From Nitrospinales bacterium (GTDB lineage Bacteria > Nitrospinota > Nitrospinia > Nitrospinales > VA-1), in the NCBI GenBank assembly GCA_965262115.1, contig OZ253496.1, positions 672,001 through 736,000 on the forward strand: a DNA stretch of 64,000 nt, read 5' to 3'. Below, piece by piece: positions 10,002-19,201 of this stretch. The translations under genes were made by a program, and so were the position numbers. Position 1 is the stretch's first letter. Every line of letters starts with the position of its first letter. The notes under the pieces are model-generated. The model was not told where the DNA came from. It worked only from the letters and a program-made list of their open reading frames with translations, and did no database searches.

Positions 10002-11279
10002 CTATTGCTCACTGGCCCTACGCCTGGTAGGAATATATTTTCGATCCTTTAAAGGTTTTGGCAGGTATTCCTGCTCTACAATGGCGTCTGGGTAATTATG
10101 TGGATATTTATAGTCCACGCCATATCCATATTTGGATTTGGCGTCTTTATAATGCGTGTCTTTCAAATGATCCGGAACGGGATAAGACAATCCCTTTTTA
10201 TGGATATCGTCCAAAGCCTGATCGATAGCCACAATCGCCGAGTTATCCTTGGGCGCCCGAGCCACATAGATCACCGCCTGGGCAAGGGGAATACGGGCTT
10301 CAGGAAACCCCAGTTTTTCCACCGCCGTCGCAACCGCTTGCACCAGTATAAAGGCTTGCGGGTCTGCATTGCCCACATCCTCGGCTGCCGTAACCAGCAG
10401 TCGCCGCACAATGAAACGCGGGTCTTCCCCACCCGCAATCATTTTTGCCAACCAATATAACGCCGCATCGGCATCGGAACCACGCAGACTTTTCTGGAAT
10501 GCGGATGCATGGTCGTAGTGCTCGGTGCCTTTTTTATCGTAGAGGGTGGCGTCCTGTTGAATGATCCCCTCAACAATTTTTAAATTGACCTGCTTTTTTT
10601 CTCGCTTGGCGACCACATCATGCGCCGCCTCCAGCACATTAAGAGCACGGTGGGCGTCACCATTGGCATGGCTGACCATCATATCCATCGCCTCTGCAGA
10701 AATTTCAAGTCCGGATTCCCCCAATCCTTTTTCTTTGTCCGCCAAAGCCTGCTCCAGAATATCTCTGATCTGTTCGCGCTCTAAAGGTTCCAGGCGAAAA
10801 GTCTGGCATCGCGAACGAAGTGCCGGAATCACCTCAAAGGAAGGGTTTTCCGTGGTACTTCCGATCAGGCGAACCGTTCCATTCTCGATATGAGGCAGAA
10901 CGGCATCCTGCTGGGCCTTGTTGAACCGGTGAATTTCATCGATGAACAATACCGTTCCCATTTGCCTGGACTTCCAGGTTTGACGGGCACCTTCAATGAT
11001 CTTGCGGATATCGGCCACCCCAGCATTCACCGCGCTGATCTCATGAAACTCACTCTCGGTCAACCGCGCCGCAATCCGTGCCAAGGTTGTTTTACCCGTA
11101 CCCGGCGGCCCCCATAAGATGAAGGACAACTTTGAACCAGACTCCATCAAATCTCTCAATGGCAGACCTTCCCCAACCAAATGTTCCTGCCCGGCAAACC
11201 TTTCCCAGCTTTCAGGACGAAGGCGGTCCGCCAGAGGCGGGACGGGCATTTCATAATCCTGGAACAATTCCATGACCAC
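10002..11279 (-). CDS. rarA: Replication-associated recombination protein A (RarA/MgsA)
   Basis: PLADRLRP, GPPGTGKT, DEIHRFNKAQQD, TTENPSF, KSLRGSD, EDVGNADP. Confidence 0.95.
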   Translation of the reverse strand: MVMELFQDYEMPVPPLADRLRPESWERFAGQEHLVGEGLPLRDLMESGSKLSFILWGPPGTGKTTLARIAARLTESEFHEISAVNAGVADIRKIIEGARQTWKSRQMGTVLFIDEIHRFNKAQQDAVLPHIENGTVRLIGSTTENPSFEVIPALRSRCQTFRLEPLEREQIRDILEQALADKEKGLGESGLEISAEAMDMMVSHANGDAHRALNVLEAAHDVVAKREKKQVNLKIVEGIIQQDATLYDKKGTEHYDHASAFQKSLRGSDADAALYWLAKMIAGGEDPRFIVRRLLVTAAEDVGNADPQAFILVQAVATAVEKLGFPEARIPLAQAVIYVARAPKDNSAIVAIDQALDDIHKKGLSYPVPDHLKDTHYKDAKSKYGYGVDYKYPHNYPDAIVEQEYLPKPLKDRKYIPTRRRASEQ

Positions 11280-11287
11280 TCTTTAAA

Positions 11288-12970
11288 TTAAAAATCCCTG
11301 GCGTTTAGGGAACGGATTCCCAACCGCAATGGGATGTGGGCGATGGCCCAGGTGAGAATAAAAATCAGTGCGTAACAAACAGGAACTTCCAACCCACCGA
11401 TGGACTTAAATAGAAACTTCGCGTTCAAATGGACATAAAGCGGACGGGCCCCCAACATTAACATCAAGCCGATATAACTCAATGCTAAAATCATAAACAA
11501 CACGCCGCCGGCGCTGGACGAAATTTCCGAAATATTTTCATGGTCAAATTTGGGGTACAGAGTGCCGAGTCCCAACCCCAGGCTGGTCAACCCCAAAGTT
11601 AACAGAAACACTCCTATAATAGAAAGCCTCATCACATAGGCATCCACCTCCAGCAACTGGTTCGACACCACAACCAGCAATTCTGCAATGAATAAAAGGG
11701 GCGGGAAAAACATCCAGAACTTGCCGGCCAAAAATTTCTGCATGGTCACCGGTAGGGTATAAATCAACCAGAAACATTTGCCTTCCACACTAGCTGACGT
11801 GAACACGAATCGGGATATCAGGGCCGCCATGACAAACCCAACCAAACCAATATTCAAAAGCGAAACCACATCCCGCAAAACTTTGTTATCCAAAGGAAGA
11901 TGCATGATATTAAAAATATAAACACACACCAGAGCGAATAATATAAAGAGTTGGGACCATTGCTCGGGATCGCGAACAAAAATTTTAATATCCTTACTCA
12001 ACAAAGCCCTGGCAGGGGCAGACAGGGGCAGACGTTGAATGAAGCTTTTTCTTTTAGCCGCCAGATCGCCTCCCTCCAAAGGACTGCTACGGACTTCCTG
12101 AACCAGGCACCACCCCTCAAAATAGATGCGCGAACCCACCCACAAAAGCAAAGCGAATAATCCACCCGTCATCCCCCACAAGGCTAAAGTCTGCTTGAAT
12201 GGCATTTCTCTTTGTCCCTCGACCCAGCCTGCAAGTCCTCGGGTTATCCAGTTGCTAGGAAGAAATGGGTGATCGGGAGCCTTGAGGCTAGCAACAAATG
12301 CCATGATCTGTTCATCCGAGACATCCTGACCAAAAAATTTATCCTGCGATAAAAATCGTAAATACACCACCACTCCTACCAGAAAAAACAAACCCAGAAA
12401 CGTCAATATCTGATGCGTTTTGTGAGTGGGATAAAATTTCATCAGCACCATAATGCCCAAAACAGCGAGCAGACAGGGAATGGCTATGAAAGGAAGCAGG
12501 TTGCAGACCAGATACAGGTAATAGTCCCACGAAACTTTAAAGTACGAACCATATGCGGTGAACATGGGCAGGGAGAATAATAAAACCATCCAGGAACTGT
12601 TTGTCAGACATTGGAAGTAACGGGCCGTGACCACCGACTGGATGGAAATCGGCAAGGAATGGAGCATTTCCAGATCACGGGATAAGTAGTAGACGGAGAG
12701 GGAAACGATCAGACTGGAAAATAAAACCATCACAAACAAAGTGATGAACACCAGGTTGACCAGTTGCACGATCAACTCATCGCCCAGCCTGAAAGGCAAC
12801 CCATCCAGATAGCGGATCACCCGGTGAAAAAACCAGTAATCGCCGATCACAAACAGCGTCCCCAACGTCAAAATAGAAAGTGGGCGCACGACCTTTTTCA
12901 TTCCAAAACATTTAAAACTGTTAGCAAGAGCTTTCAGCCTGTACTTTAAAAGAAGGCTGCTCCCCATCAT
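11288..12970 (-). CDS. Putative ABC-2-type transporter permease subunit
   Basis: About 12-14 hydrophobic segments; SRDLEMLHSLP, PSNW, KDIKIFVRDP, SVEGKCFW. Start chosen at the ATG overlapping the yheT stop. Confidence 0.75.
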   Translation of the reverse strand: MMGSSLLLKYRLKALANSFKCFGMKKVVRPLSILTLGTLFVIGDYWFFHRVIRYLDGLPFRLGDELIVQLVNLVFITLFVMVLFSSLIVSLSVYYLSRDLEMLHSLPISIQSVVTARYFQCLTNSSWMVLLFSLPMFTAYGSYFKVSWDYYLYLVCNLLPFIAIPCLLAVLGIMVLMKFYPTHKTHQILTFLGLFFLVGVVVYLRFLSQDKFFGQDVSDEQIMAFVASLKAPDHPFLPSNWITRGLAGWVEGQREMPFKQTLALWGMTGGLFALLLWVGSRIYFEGWCLVQEVRSSPLEGGDLAAKRKSFIQRLPLSAPARALLSKDIKIFVRDPEQWSQLFILFALVCVYIFNIMHLPLDNKVLRDVVSLLNIGLVGFVMAALISRFVFTSASVEGKCFWLIYTLPVTMQKFLAGKFWMFFPPLLFIAELLVVVSNQLLEVDAYVMRLSIIGVFLLTLGLTSLGLGLGTLYPKFDHENISEISSSAGGVLFMILALSYIGLMLMLGARPLYVHLNAKFLFKSIGGLEVPVCYALIFILTWAIAHIPLRLGIRSLNARDF

Positions 12971-13965
12971 GGCCTGTCTCCGTGCAATTGCCGAATCCAT
13001 TCCAACACGGCATAGTCCATCCACCGCCGGTCACCATGAGGAGTGACATGTCTGGCGATATATCCCATATGGCCACCGCTATCCGGTTTACATAACGTCA
13101 CCTTTTCACTCATCACAACCTGATCAAACAAATTACCGGGGACAAAGGGATCGTCCTTAGCAGACAAAATGGCAGTGGGGGTTTTGATTCCCTTTAAATA
13201 ATTCCGGGAGCTGGATCGGTCATAATAATCATCGACATCTTTGAATCCACCCGCAGGAGCTGTATAGGTGACATCGAAATCCCAAATCGTTTTCAAGTTT
13301 TTGAGCGGACTCAAAGCAGAGGGAAACTGTTTGACCAGAGCCGCAGCCTGATTACGAATCAATTTCATATAATACTGGTTGAATAGCGCACAACTCCATT
13401 TTCTCGATATGATGGCGCTTGCAACCCTCAAGTCAACAGGCGGATTTATGGCGAGAGCCCCTAAAATATTTTCTGAAATCTTTCGCCCTTCCCCAAGATA
13501 CTTTAGAAGGACATTGCCGCTCAAAGAAAAACCGACGGGCACCAGGGACTTTTCCGGACAGCGTTGAAGCACAAATTCGATCATTTTTTCCAGATCATCG
13601 CTGGAGCCCCCATGCCACATCCGCGGACTCAACCCCATACCCGGCCCACAACCGGGTTGATTGATCAGGAACACCCCATAACCCCGCATCCAGAGTTTGG
13701 TGGAAATCCGTTTCATATAACTGGACTCGGAACACCCCCCCATGCCATGCGCCAGCAAAACAATAGGTAGGGTTTCATCTTTGGCCTCAATTTCGTACAG
13801 GATAGCCCTGCCCTGTCCATCCAAGTGCAATTCATGCTGGATTCGAGCAGGCTGGGGCAACACCTTGTCCCTGAGTTGGGACCCAGCTATGGTCTGGGCA
13901 ACGCCTCCCTGTACTCCCCAATGCGCTTCAAATGGTTCCATAAACTGATTGAATTTCAAGCTCAC
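12967..13965 (-). CDS. YheT-family alpha/beta hydrolase
   Basis: AHGMGG, GFSLSG nucleophile elbow, AKDDPF, GGHMG. Confidence 0.88.
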   Translation of the reverse strand: MSLKFNQFMEPFEAHWGVQGGVAQTIAGSQLRDKVLPQPARIQHELHLDGQGRAILYEIEAKDETLPIVLLAHGMGGCSESSYMKRISTKLWMRGYGVFLINQPGCGPGMGLSPRMWHGGSSDDLEKMIEFVLQRCPEKSLVPVGFSLSGNVLLKYLGEGRKISENILGALAINPPVDLRVASAIISRKWSCALFNQYYMKLIRNQAAALVKQFPSALSPLKNLKTIWDFDVTYTAPAGGFKDVDDYYDRSSSRNYLKGIKTPTAILSAKDDPFVPGNLFDQVVMSEKVTLCKPDSGGHMGYIARHVTPHGDRRWMDYAVLEWIRQLHGDRP

Positions 13966-14063
13966 TGCCTTTCAAAATTAAGGGCACTCAAATGCAACTC
14001 GATGGAATTTTTAAACCCCTGCGAGTATCTAACAGAGGCATCAGGGCCATTGAAAACCCTAAG

Positions 14064-14092
14064 TTGACACCCCACTTAACTATTGTTACATT
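14064..14092 (+). promoter_or_regulatory. sigma70 promoter candidate
   Basis: TTGACA-17 nt-TACATT about 30 nt before the 14125 start. Confidence 0.5.
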
Positions 14093-14124
14093 GCAAGATT
14101 CAACTTTTATGACATATTAGCAAA

Positions 14125-15504
14125 GTGAAAACTATTAAATCCCCTAAAAAATCCAACCTGGGTTTCATGGTTGTCGGCTTGATCCTTTTACTGGCCTGTC
14201 CGGCGGTTTTTGCAGCTCCCAATAAGGAAGCGGATACCCTCTATCAAAAAGCGCTGAAACTGAGCCAACAAAAGAAATGGCATCAAGCCCTAGCTGAATT
14301 CGAAAAAGCTTCCGAACTTGCGCCGCAGGATAGTCTGATTCACGCAAACCTTGGCGTTGCCTTCAGTCAGACGGGAATGCACAAGGACGCCCTGCTCTCT
14401 TTTGAAAAAGCATTGCGACTGGGGTACGACTCTCCCGGCCTGCGCTACAACCGAGGTGTTTCCTTTGCCCGTGTTAAATTGCTCGATGAAGCCATCGAAG
14501 AACTGGAAAAAGCCCTGAGCATGGACCGCAGAATGGTGAAAGCGGAATATGACCTTGGGGTTTTATACAATTTGCAGGGAAAACGCGAGAAAGCTCTGGA
14601 AAAAGTTGACACTTTGTTCAAGCGAAACAACAAGCTTGCAAAAAAACTGTTCGACCAGATTGGCTCCTCTTACACCGTCGTTAATGTAGACAATGGAGGA
14701 ACATTAAAAGGCCGTGTCACACTTTCCGGCCAGGTTCCCAGAGTCCGCTCCTTCCACTTGATCCACGCCCCGAACATCGAGTTCTGCGCGAGGATATCCG
14801 ATGGCAGAGGTCACCGCCTATTGTTCGACTTCACCGTTTCAAAAAGCCGGGGACTGAAAGATACCGTCATCCATCTGGCGAAGGTTGAAAAAGGAAAACC
14901 GTTTTCGCCCAAGATGCAAACATTTCTCATCGAACGTTGTCGAGCCAACAAATATGTCATCGGCGCGAAAAACGGTGAAAACATAATGGTGGAAAACACA
15001 GACCCCATCCAGCATGAAATCGCCATCTATGAAATCCGCAATATTTATTCAGATCAGACCAGCAACCGGCCAGTACCGCCTAAATCCAGCCAGGTTCGCA
15101 GTATCTTTGCACGCAAAGACGCGGAAAACTTCATCATAAAATGCAATCTCCATCCGTTCCTTCAGACGCATGCGTATCTGGTACAAAACCCCTATTACAC
15201 CGTGTCCGATTCAGAAGGCATCTTCAGCATCGAGAACATTCCACCCGGCACCTATGAGGTGGTCGCCTGGCATCCTTTTATTGCAGCACAAAGAGGGACC
15301 ATCACCATTCCCGAAAAGGGTGAAGCCAGTTTGGATTTCGATTTTAAAGGGGAAGATGAAAAAAGGAAGCTCTATCAGGACGATATTGAAGGCTATCGCT
15401 TCAACACCTGGTTCGATAGCAAAGAAAAATTTTATGGCGGAAAAAGAGTTGATGACCCGGTAGAAGAGTTACAGGCCTTTTGTGATGATGACCATCTTTG
15501 CTGA
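14125..15504 (+). CDS. Exported TPR protein fused to a cupredoxin-like/carboxypeptidase-regulatory-like module
   Basis: Signal peptide, TPR repeats, then NGGTLKG, NTDPIQH...CNLHPFL, NPYYTVSDSEG...IPPGTYEVVAWH; paralogous to the 29784 and 34954 genes. Confidence 0.75.
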   Translation: MKTIKSPKKSNLGFMVVGLILLLACPAVFAAPNKEADTLYQKALKLSQQKKWHQALAEFEKASELAPQDSLIHANLGVAFSQTGMHKDALLSFEKALRLGYDSPGLRYNRGVSFARVKLLDEAIEELEKALSMDRRMVKAEYDLGVLYNLQGKREKALEKVDTLFKRNNKLAKKLFDQIGSSYTVVNVDNGGTLKGRVTLSGQVPRVRSFHLIHAPNIEFCARISDGRGHRLLFDFTVSKSRGLKDTVIHLAKVEKGKPFSPKMQTFLIERCRANKYVIGAKNGENIMVENTDPIQHEIAIYEIRNIYSDQTSNRPVPPKSSQVRSIFARKDAENFIIKCNLHPFLQTHAYLVQNPYYTVSDSEGIFSIENIPPGTYEVVAWHPFIAAQRGTITIPEKGEASLDFDFKGEDEKRKLYQDDIEGYRFNTWFDSKEKFYGGKRVDDPVEELQAFCDDDHLC

Positions 15505-15537
15505 CCATTTATAAAATCAGACAATCGCAATAACCCG

Positions 15538-16188
15538 CTAGTTAGTCTTTCGCACCACAACCGCATCCAGTTGATAATCACTTCGCGCCAGGTGGGCCGC
15601 TTCCTGCGCTTTCTGCTCATCCACATACCTGCCCAGAAAAACCCGGTGCCAGGTTCCGCCATGATCGACAAGTTCTGTTTGCATTAAAAACGCGTCGAAT
15701 CCGTTTTCCTGCAGGTGTATTTTCAAAGCTCCCGCGCGCGCTTCATCCCGGAACGAACTCACTTGAACGGCATAGCGAGGTGGCTCTTTAATTTCAGGGA
15801 TGACGCTTGTTGTGCTTTTCGGGTTCTGTTTAATTTCAGGTTTTGCGACAGGTTCTAATTTCGCCGTTTTTTCTGCAGGAGGCGTGGACGCTTTTATTCT
15901 GGCAGGAACCACTGCACTTTTCTCAGGTGAAAGCACGGTCGGCATCAGCCTACCCTTGAGGTCCACATACTGGGTCATTGTCGGATCATTCAAAGTCTTG
16001 AAAAACGTATAATCCAGTTTAGGAGAAATAGGCTCTTCAACTTTTTTACGAATGAACTCAGGCTTAATGGCCCTTAGTTTTTTAGGAGATACCGCATTCC
16101 ACAGGAATTCACTGATGGTCCCCGAAAAATGCAACCCCGCCGCAAAAGCCATCCCAAGAATTAATACAAAGAGAAGTCTCATAAACAA
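15538..16188 (-). CDS. SPOR-domain cell-envelope protein (FtsN-like)
   Basis: N-terminal TM, YTFFKTL, YAVQVSSFRD...WHRVFLG; downstream of argS. Confidence 0.85.
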   Translation of the reverse strand: MFMRLLFVLILGMAFAAGLHFSGTISEFLWNAVSPKKLRAIKPEFIRKKVEEPISPKLDYTFFKTLNDPTMTQYVDLKGRLMPTVLSPEKSAVVPARIKASTPPAEKTAKLEPVAKPEIKQNPKSTTSVIPEIKEPPRYAVQVSSFRDEARAGALKIHLQENGFDAFLMQTELVDHGGTWHRVFLGRYVDEQKAQEAAHLARSDYQLDAVVVRKTN

Positions 16189-16262
16189 ATTGATTTAGAG
16201 AGTAAAACCTCTTTAAGCCGAGCTAAATTTTTGCCTGCCTACGAACGCTATTGCAACAGCCT

Positions 16263-16575
16263 CCCACGCCTAGTGGCGGAGTACCTCCGCTGGTAATGAG
16301 TGATGGCTTTTTACCGCTAGCAACGACTCTCCCTCCTAGCTTAACGAGTTCTTGCTCATTGGCCCCACGCCTAGTGGCGGAGTACCTCCGCTGGTAATGA
16401 GTGGTGGCTTTTTACCGCTAGCAACGACTCTCCCTCCTAGCTTAACGAGTTCTTGCTCATTGGCCCCATGCCTAGTGGCGGAGTACCTCCGCTGGTAATG
16501 AGTGATGGCTTTTTACCGCTAGCAACGACTCTCCTAGCTTAACGAGTTCTTGCTCATTGGCCCCACGCCTAGTGG
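16263..16575. repeat. Tandem array of three near-identical units (101, 101, 97 bp) plus a 14-bp fourth start
   Basis: Units start at 16263, 16364, 16465, 16562 (CCCAYGCCTAGTGG); internal hairpins such as GCGGAG-TAC-CTCCGC. Confidence 0.95.
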
Positions 16576-18234
16576 TCACATTTTTTCAGGAGACGAGATA
16601 CCCATCAATTCGAAACCATTACGAATGGTGGTTCTCAAAGCGTCCAGCAAAAATAATCGCGCCAGCGTGAGCGACTTATCATCAGAGATGACCCGATGCC
16701 TGCTGTAATAACCATGAAACCGGGAAACCAGATCGTGCAGGTAATGAGAAATCCGATGCACCTCCAACGCCCGGGCGCTTTTTTCCACCACTTCAGGGAA
16801 AGCCAGGATCGCCCGGATAATCGCGAACTCCTCCTCTTCTACCAGAGGGGAAAGATCCACGTCGGCAGACCTGTTCCATGCCACGCCTTTTTCTTCGGCG
16901 GTGCGGAAGATACTGCAGATTCGGGCATGTGCATATTGAATATAAAAAACCGGATTATCCGGGGTTTCCTTTTTAGCCAACTCCAGATCAAAATCCAGAT
17001 GCGTGTCGGAACTGCGCATCAGAAAATAATAACGTGCCGCATCGACCCCAACCTCCTTCACTACATCCGCCAGTGTTTCAAATTCACCGGACCGGGTGGA
17101 CATGGACACTTTTTCGCCCGTCCGCAATAGACTGACAAACTGAACCAAAAGAATCTTGAAGATATTTTTGTCATAACCCATAGCTTCCAAAACCGCCGCC
17201 ATGCGCGGCACATAACCGTGATGATCGGCGCCCATCAGGTTGATGAGTTTTTTAAAACCTCGGTTGATCTTGTTCTGATGATAGGCGATGTCTGAGCAGA
17301 AATAGGTTCGCTCTCCGGTCTGTTTGACAATGACCCGATCCTTATCATCATCGAATGCCGAAGACTTCAGCCAGACAGCCCCGTCTTTTTCATAAACATG
17401 GCCCTCGCCATCCAACCAGTCAACGGCCTTCTCTATCGATTTATCTTCATAAAGCGATTGCTCACTGAACCAGTTGTCAAAAGTCACGCGGAATTCAGAA
17501 AGGTCTTTTTCAATACCTTTAAGAATATTATCCTTCGCGAATTTTCTGAAAAAAGGAATGCACTCTTCCTCAGGCTTGTTTAAAAACTCCTTCCCCTCTT
17601 GGTCAACGATTTCGCCAACGATATCTTTAATATATTCCCCTCGATAATGGTCTTCGGGAAACTCAATGGCCTCACCCAGCAGTTCCCGATACCGGAGCCA
17701 GGTGGACCGGCCGAGGAGGTTCATCTGGTTACCCACATCATTGATGTAGTATTCAGCACTCAAATCATATCCGGCTTTTTTCAAAATCCTTGCCAGCGCA
17801 TCACCAACGGCAGCCCCCCTCCCATGCCCAACATGTAAAGGACCCGTGGGATTCGCGCTGACAAACTCGATCAAAACTTTGGTGCCCTGCCCGAAATCAG
17901 ACCTGCCAAAGTCTTCTCCCTGCGACACAGCATTTCTGAGCCGTTCCAGGAAAAACTCCTGAGACATTTTAATATTGATGAATCCCGGCCCGGCGATTTC
18001 TGCCTGGCTCAATTCACCATTTTTAAGGTAACGGGTAACACTCTCGGCAATCACTTTCGGATTCTTGCGCTCACTCCGTGCCAGCGTCATGGCAACATTG
18101 GTTGAAAAGTCTCCCAGTGTTTCGTCCTTGGGCTTTTCCACCACAATTTCAGGAAACGGGGAAAGCTCCAGCTCTCCGGCCTGCCGGGCTTTTTCCAAGG
18201 CATCATGAATAATTTTTTTAATTGCGGTTTTCAT
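16576..18234 (-). CDS. argS: Arginine--tRNA ligase
   Basis: EFVSANPTGPLHVGHGR (HIGH), GADHHGY, MSTRSG, YIQYAHAR. Confidence 0.98.
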   Translation of the reverse strand: MKTAIKKIIHDALEKARQAGELELSPFPEIVVEKPKDETLGDFSTNVAMTLARSERKNPKVIAESVTRYLKNGELSQAEIAGPGFINIKMSQEFFLERLRNAVSQGEDFGRSDFGQGTKVLIEFVSANPTGPLHVGHGRGAAVGDALARILKKAGYDLSAEYYINDVGNQMNLLGRSTWLRYRELLGEAIEFPEDHYRGEYIKDIVGEIVDQEGKEFLNKPEEECIPFFRKFAKDNILKGIEKDLSEFRVTFDNWFSEQSLYEDKSIEKAVDWLDGEGHVYEKDGAVWLKSSAFDDDKDRVIVKQTGERTYFCSDIAYHQNKINRGFKKLINLMGADHHGYVPRMAAVLEAMGYDKNIFKILLVQFVSLLRTGEKVSMSTRSGEFETLADVVKEVGVDAARYYFLMRSSDTHLDFDLELAKKETPDNPVFYIQYAHARICSIFRTAEEKGVAWNRSADVDLSPLVEEEEFAIIRAILAFPEVVEKSARALEVHRISHYLHDLVSRFHGYYSRHRVISDDKSLTLARLFLLDALRTTIRNGFELMGISSPEKM

Positions 18235-18311
18235 TCAGGCTTTATCTTAAAAATTATGATGAATAATAGTGACCGGGAAAACAGGGGTCAGATACCAGGC
18301 AGGCAACAGGG

Positions 18312-18626
18312 TCAATCTTTCCGGCTACGGACAGCTTCCACTTCTTTTTCCATTTCTTCTTCCAGAGTTTTCTTATCCGTTCGAAATTGTTCCTCTAGTT
18401 CTGCTTTTCTGGCTCCAATTTCTTCAGGGGGAACCCGATCTGGCAATTTGCGGATTTTATCATTGGAGGTCACATCCCGGTCGGCAATCCTCGCGGCATA
18501 TTCTTTTCTGATCTCGGCAATCCCCTGTTTTTGTTTTTTGGTCAGCTTTTTCTGATTTTTCAACTCTGGAGCCAGCTTGTCAGAGCGTTCCAGGCTCAAT
18601 TCCCAAGCGCTTTTTAATCCCGACAT
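18312..18626 (-). CDS. Conserved hypothetical coiled-coil protein
   Basis: MSGLKSAWELSLER start with GAGG upstream; charged helical sequence. Confidence 0.7.
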   Translation of the reverse strand: MSGLKSAWELSLERSDKLAPELKNQKKLTKKQKQGIAEIRKEYAARIADRDVTSNDKIRKLPDRVPPEEIGARKAELEEQFRTDKKTLEEEMEKEVEAVRSRKD

Positions 18627-18788
18627 ACCTATCCTCAAAAAAAGTTTAACTGCTTAATTATAAAGGAATTATTAAACAGACTCAATAGACATATCGAGAA
18701 ACATACTTAGGTTAATAATAAATATTATTGAGACATTGGAGGATTTTAGGACTATATTATTGGTTGGTGTATCTGACATGGATTTAAA

Positions 18789-19058
18789 ATGAATATCACC
18801 AGAAAAAACAAGTTGTTGCTTGCCATATTCGCACTCGTTATATGTGTGTTGTCGGCAAACCTCTCTTCAGCGTCTATGCACCATATGGATGATTCTGACT
18901 GCATGATGCAAATGACCTGCAACCACTGTTTTATCTCTGCCGTAGTCCAATCTCAAGATTTTAAATACTCTGATGCAACCAACGCTCAATTCTCGGAGAC
19001 CCCATTTCTATCCGAAATCTGTCGACAAGCCCCACTCCCCCCACCTCCAAAAATTTAA
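18789..19058 (+). CDS. CutF/CruR (DUF2946)-like leader protein
   Basis: Signal peptide, MHHMDDSDC...CNHC metal ligands, C-terminal APLPPPPKI; directly upstream of a multicopper oxidase. Confidence 0.65.
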   Translation: MNITRKNKLLLAIFALVICVLSANLSSASMHHMDDSDCMMQMTCNHCFISAVVQSQDFKYSDATNAQFSETPFLSEICRQAPLPPPPKI

Positions 19059-19061
19059 TTC

Positions 19062-19193
19062 ATTCCCTTAAAATCCAAAAGTTCCTTCAACGCCATGGCA
19101 GCGTTGCGCCAACCAATGCCATTTTTCTGTATTTGAAATCCGGCCTTTTGCCTTGATCGCATTGCGCATCACATTGAAGCTTATTTAAGGAAT
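19062..19193 (+). promoter_or_regulatory. Predicted stem sequestering the oxidase Shine-Dalgarno
   Basis: ATTCCCTTAAA (19062-72) pairs with TTTAAGGAAT (19184-93, one bulge); CTTCAA (19085-90) pairs with TTGAAG (19174-79). Confidence 0.55.
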
Positions 19194-19201
19194 ATAGCTC
19201 T

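Noticed and set aside
16263..16575. CRISPR array
   Set aside because: The sequences between the repeated motifs are themselves near-identical, so there are no unique spacers; no cas genes in the window.
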